Translations under genes and position numbers: made by a program
Notes under the pieces: generated by a model
The model's input: the letters and a program-made list of their open reading frames with translations, nothing else
Databases searched by the model: none
Told to the model about the DNA's origin: nothing
In this document: piece by piece, positions 62,401-64,000 of the stretch
How the letters are laid out: each line of letters begins with the position of its first letter
Numbering within the stretch: the first letter of the stretch is position 1
Source: Callorhinchus milii
Taxonomy: Eukaryota
Assembly: GCF_018977255.1 (NCBI RefSeq)
Contig: NW_024704758.1
Location: 8,246,001-8,310,000, forward strand
Direction: 5' to 3'
DNA: 64,000 nucleotides

Positions 62401-63239
62401 CTTTTAACCTTTTCCCTTTGAGGGGAGTCTGATCATTTCTACCTTTAACCTCAGTGAATCCAAGCAGCTTTGCCCACTTCTATCATTATGAAGCCAGTTC
62501 ATGCGTCAGGCATGGGAGGTATGGAAGTTTGGACAAACTCATCTCCTCTGCTGGGTGTGAAACTCTCCACCTCAATGTCTAGTGGTCAGCCCCTGACACT
62601 TTTTCGTTCTCCTGAGTTAAAAGCTGCAGCTGTAACCTTCAGGCCAAATAGTTTTTGTTTGTTTTAAAGCCTAAAATCAGCTGAAGGAAATGAATCAAAT
62701 AAAAGACGAAAGCAAATTAAACGGACGTCAATTGATATTATTCTGAACACCCCGAAAGTGAAGAAGGAACCTCAAACACATAATCTGATTTGAATATTTT
62801 TCCATGCAGCATGTTCTCTGTAACCTGACCTGTTGAGAGGAGTCACTGAACAATGGTAAGCACTTTCCCTACTACAGTAAGGAAGAGAATATTGGGAGGA
62901 GTTATTCAGGCCAATGCTACATCTCTTAGCAACCGGTTACAGTATTATTGACAACCTGAAATTGCCATCTGCTCTTCCTGCTTCACTGCTGGAGACTGAT
63001 GTAAAAAAATTAACGCATCTGCTTTAACCCCAAATTCCTACCCAACATATTCTTTTGATTCTCCCTCTGTCATGGCTAAAGAAATAATTGATTTCATCTC
63101 CCTTTTTCTAATTGCCCCTCTTATTATTGCTTCTTGTGCACATTTCTTATCAAAACCACTTAGATTTCTTTGCACTACTCGCAGTAATCGCCTCCTAACT
63201 CATAACACCATGACTCCCGCACTTACTGGCTGCAATCGG

Positions 63240-63760
63240 TAAGGTAGCAATGTGAAGGTACCTTTTGTTCTTGTTTCAGCTCTATATTGAGGTTAGACAG
63301 TGTGTGACCAAAACCAATTATTTTATTGCAATTGAATCGCGGGAAATGTAGTCTTGATCTGTTAACGCATGCGCAGAAGATCTTCTTATCCTGCGATTCA
63401 ATGCGATTCCAACGCTTGCCAGTAAGTGCACATGCGTTGACAGGTCAAGACACATTGAATTGCGGGAAATTTAATCTTAACCCGTCATCGCGCACACACT
63501 TACCGGTTGCAGTGACAAGCTAACACATGCGCAATTCTGCATGAAATTACGCATACCCGTAGAATTTGCTCCCACAAAACCATGTAGCTGACTGCTACTT
63601 CCCTTTATTGTGTAATAAATATTGTGTAGAGGAAGTAACTCCTCTAACCTGCTTACCAGTGTTTGACTGGCATAAGGTAGCAATGTGAAGATGCCTTTTG
63701 TTCTTGTTTCAGTTCTATATTAAGGTTAGGCAGCGTGTGACCAAAACCAATTATTTTATT
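63240..63760 (+). repeat. Direct repeat pair of about 88 bp (63240-63327 and 63673-63760) flanking a palindromic CpG-rich core
   Basis: taaggtagcaatgtgaag..ccttttgttcttgtttcag.tctatatt.aggttag.cag.gtgtgaccaaaaccaattattttatt occurs twice. Confidence 0.9.
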
Positions 63761-64000
63761 CATCTTCATCCGCCCTCCAGTATTTTATTATGGTTTTGTC
63801 TTGGTCTAATTGCCTTGATCGGGAAATTGTCGGGAGTAATTGTCTTGGTCATGTGTGATGTATTTTTACTTATTGTTAATTTAAAAGATATATTCCATTC
63901 TTCTCAACCCATGAATCCGCTCCCCCATCACCATCTCTGCCTCTATCCTATCTACTTTATTCAGTTTGTTCAATTTCGATTTGACAGGTAGTTTCATAAT

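Noticed and set aside
50720-64000. Expected downstream neighbour gene (TCIRG1 is adjacent to the CHKA 3' end in human)
   Set aside because: No recognisable exons found on either strand. Small exons could have been missed.

Overview
Eukaryotic, AT-rich vertebrate genomic DNA. The repeat landscape (Deu-domain SINEs, L2 and CR1 LINE fragments) suggests a cartilaginous fish, which is an inference. The window holds one complete protein-coding gene, choline kinase alpha (CHKA), on the + strand. I traced 12 exons by hand, all with GT-AG introns and consistent phases: join(8666..8889,12140..12248,24304..24360,33477..33590,34678..34811,35552..35656,38316..38374,42871..42958,43694..43802,44674..44780,45778..45859,46072..46131). 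This is 1248 nt, giving 415 aa, or 396 aa if the 57-nt cassette exon 3 is skipped. Also present: a candidate CCAAT/SRE/GC-box promoter, a ~1 kb ATG-free low-complexity leader, a probably 3-4.6 kb 3' UTR, many SINE/LINE fragments, Harbinger-like and Tc1/mariner-like transposon relics, and several local duplications. The most interesting signal is a second splice unit 31 nt behind the cassette exon, either a 24-nt in-frame microexon or a stop-introducing alternative donor. I see no prokaryotic-type system such as CRISPR or an operon, and no second recognisable gene. Repeat boundaries are approximate and family names come from recalled consensus motifs, not from a search.
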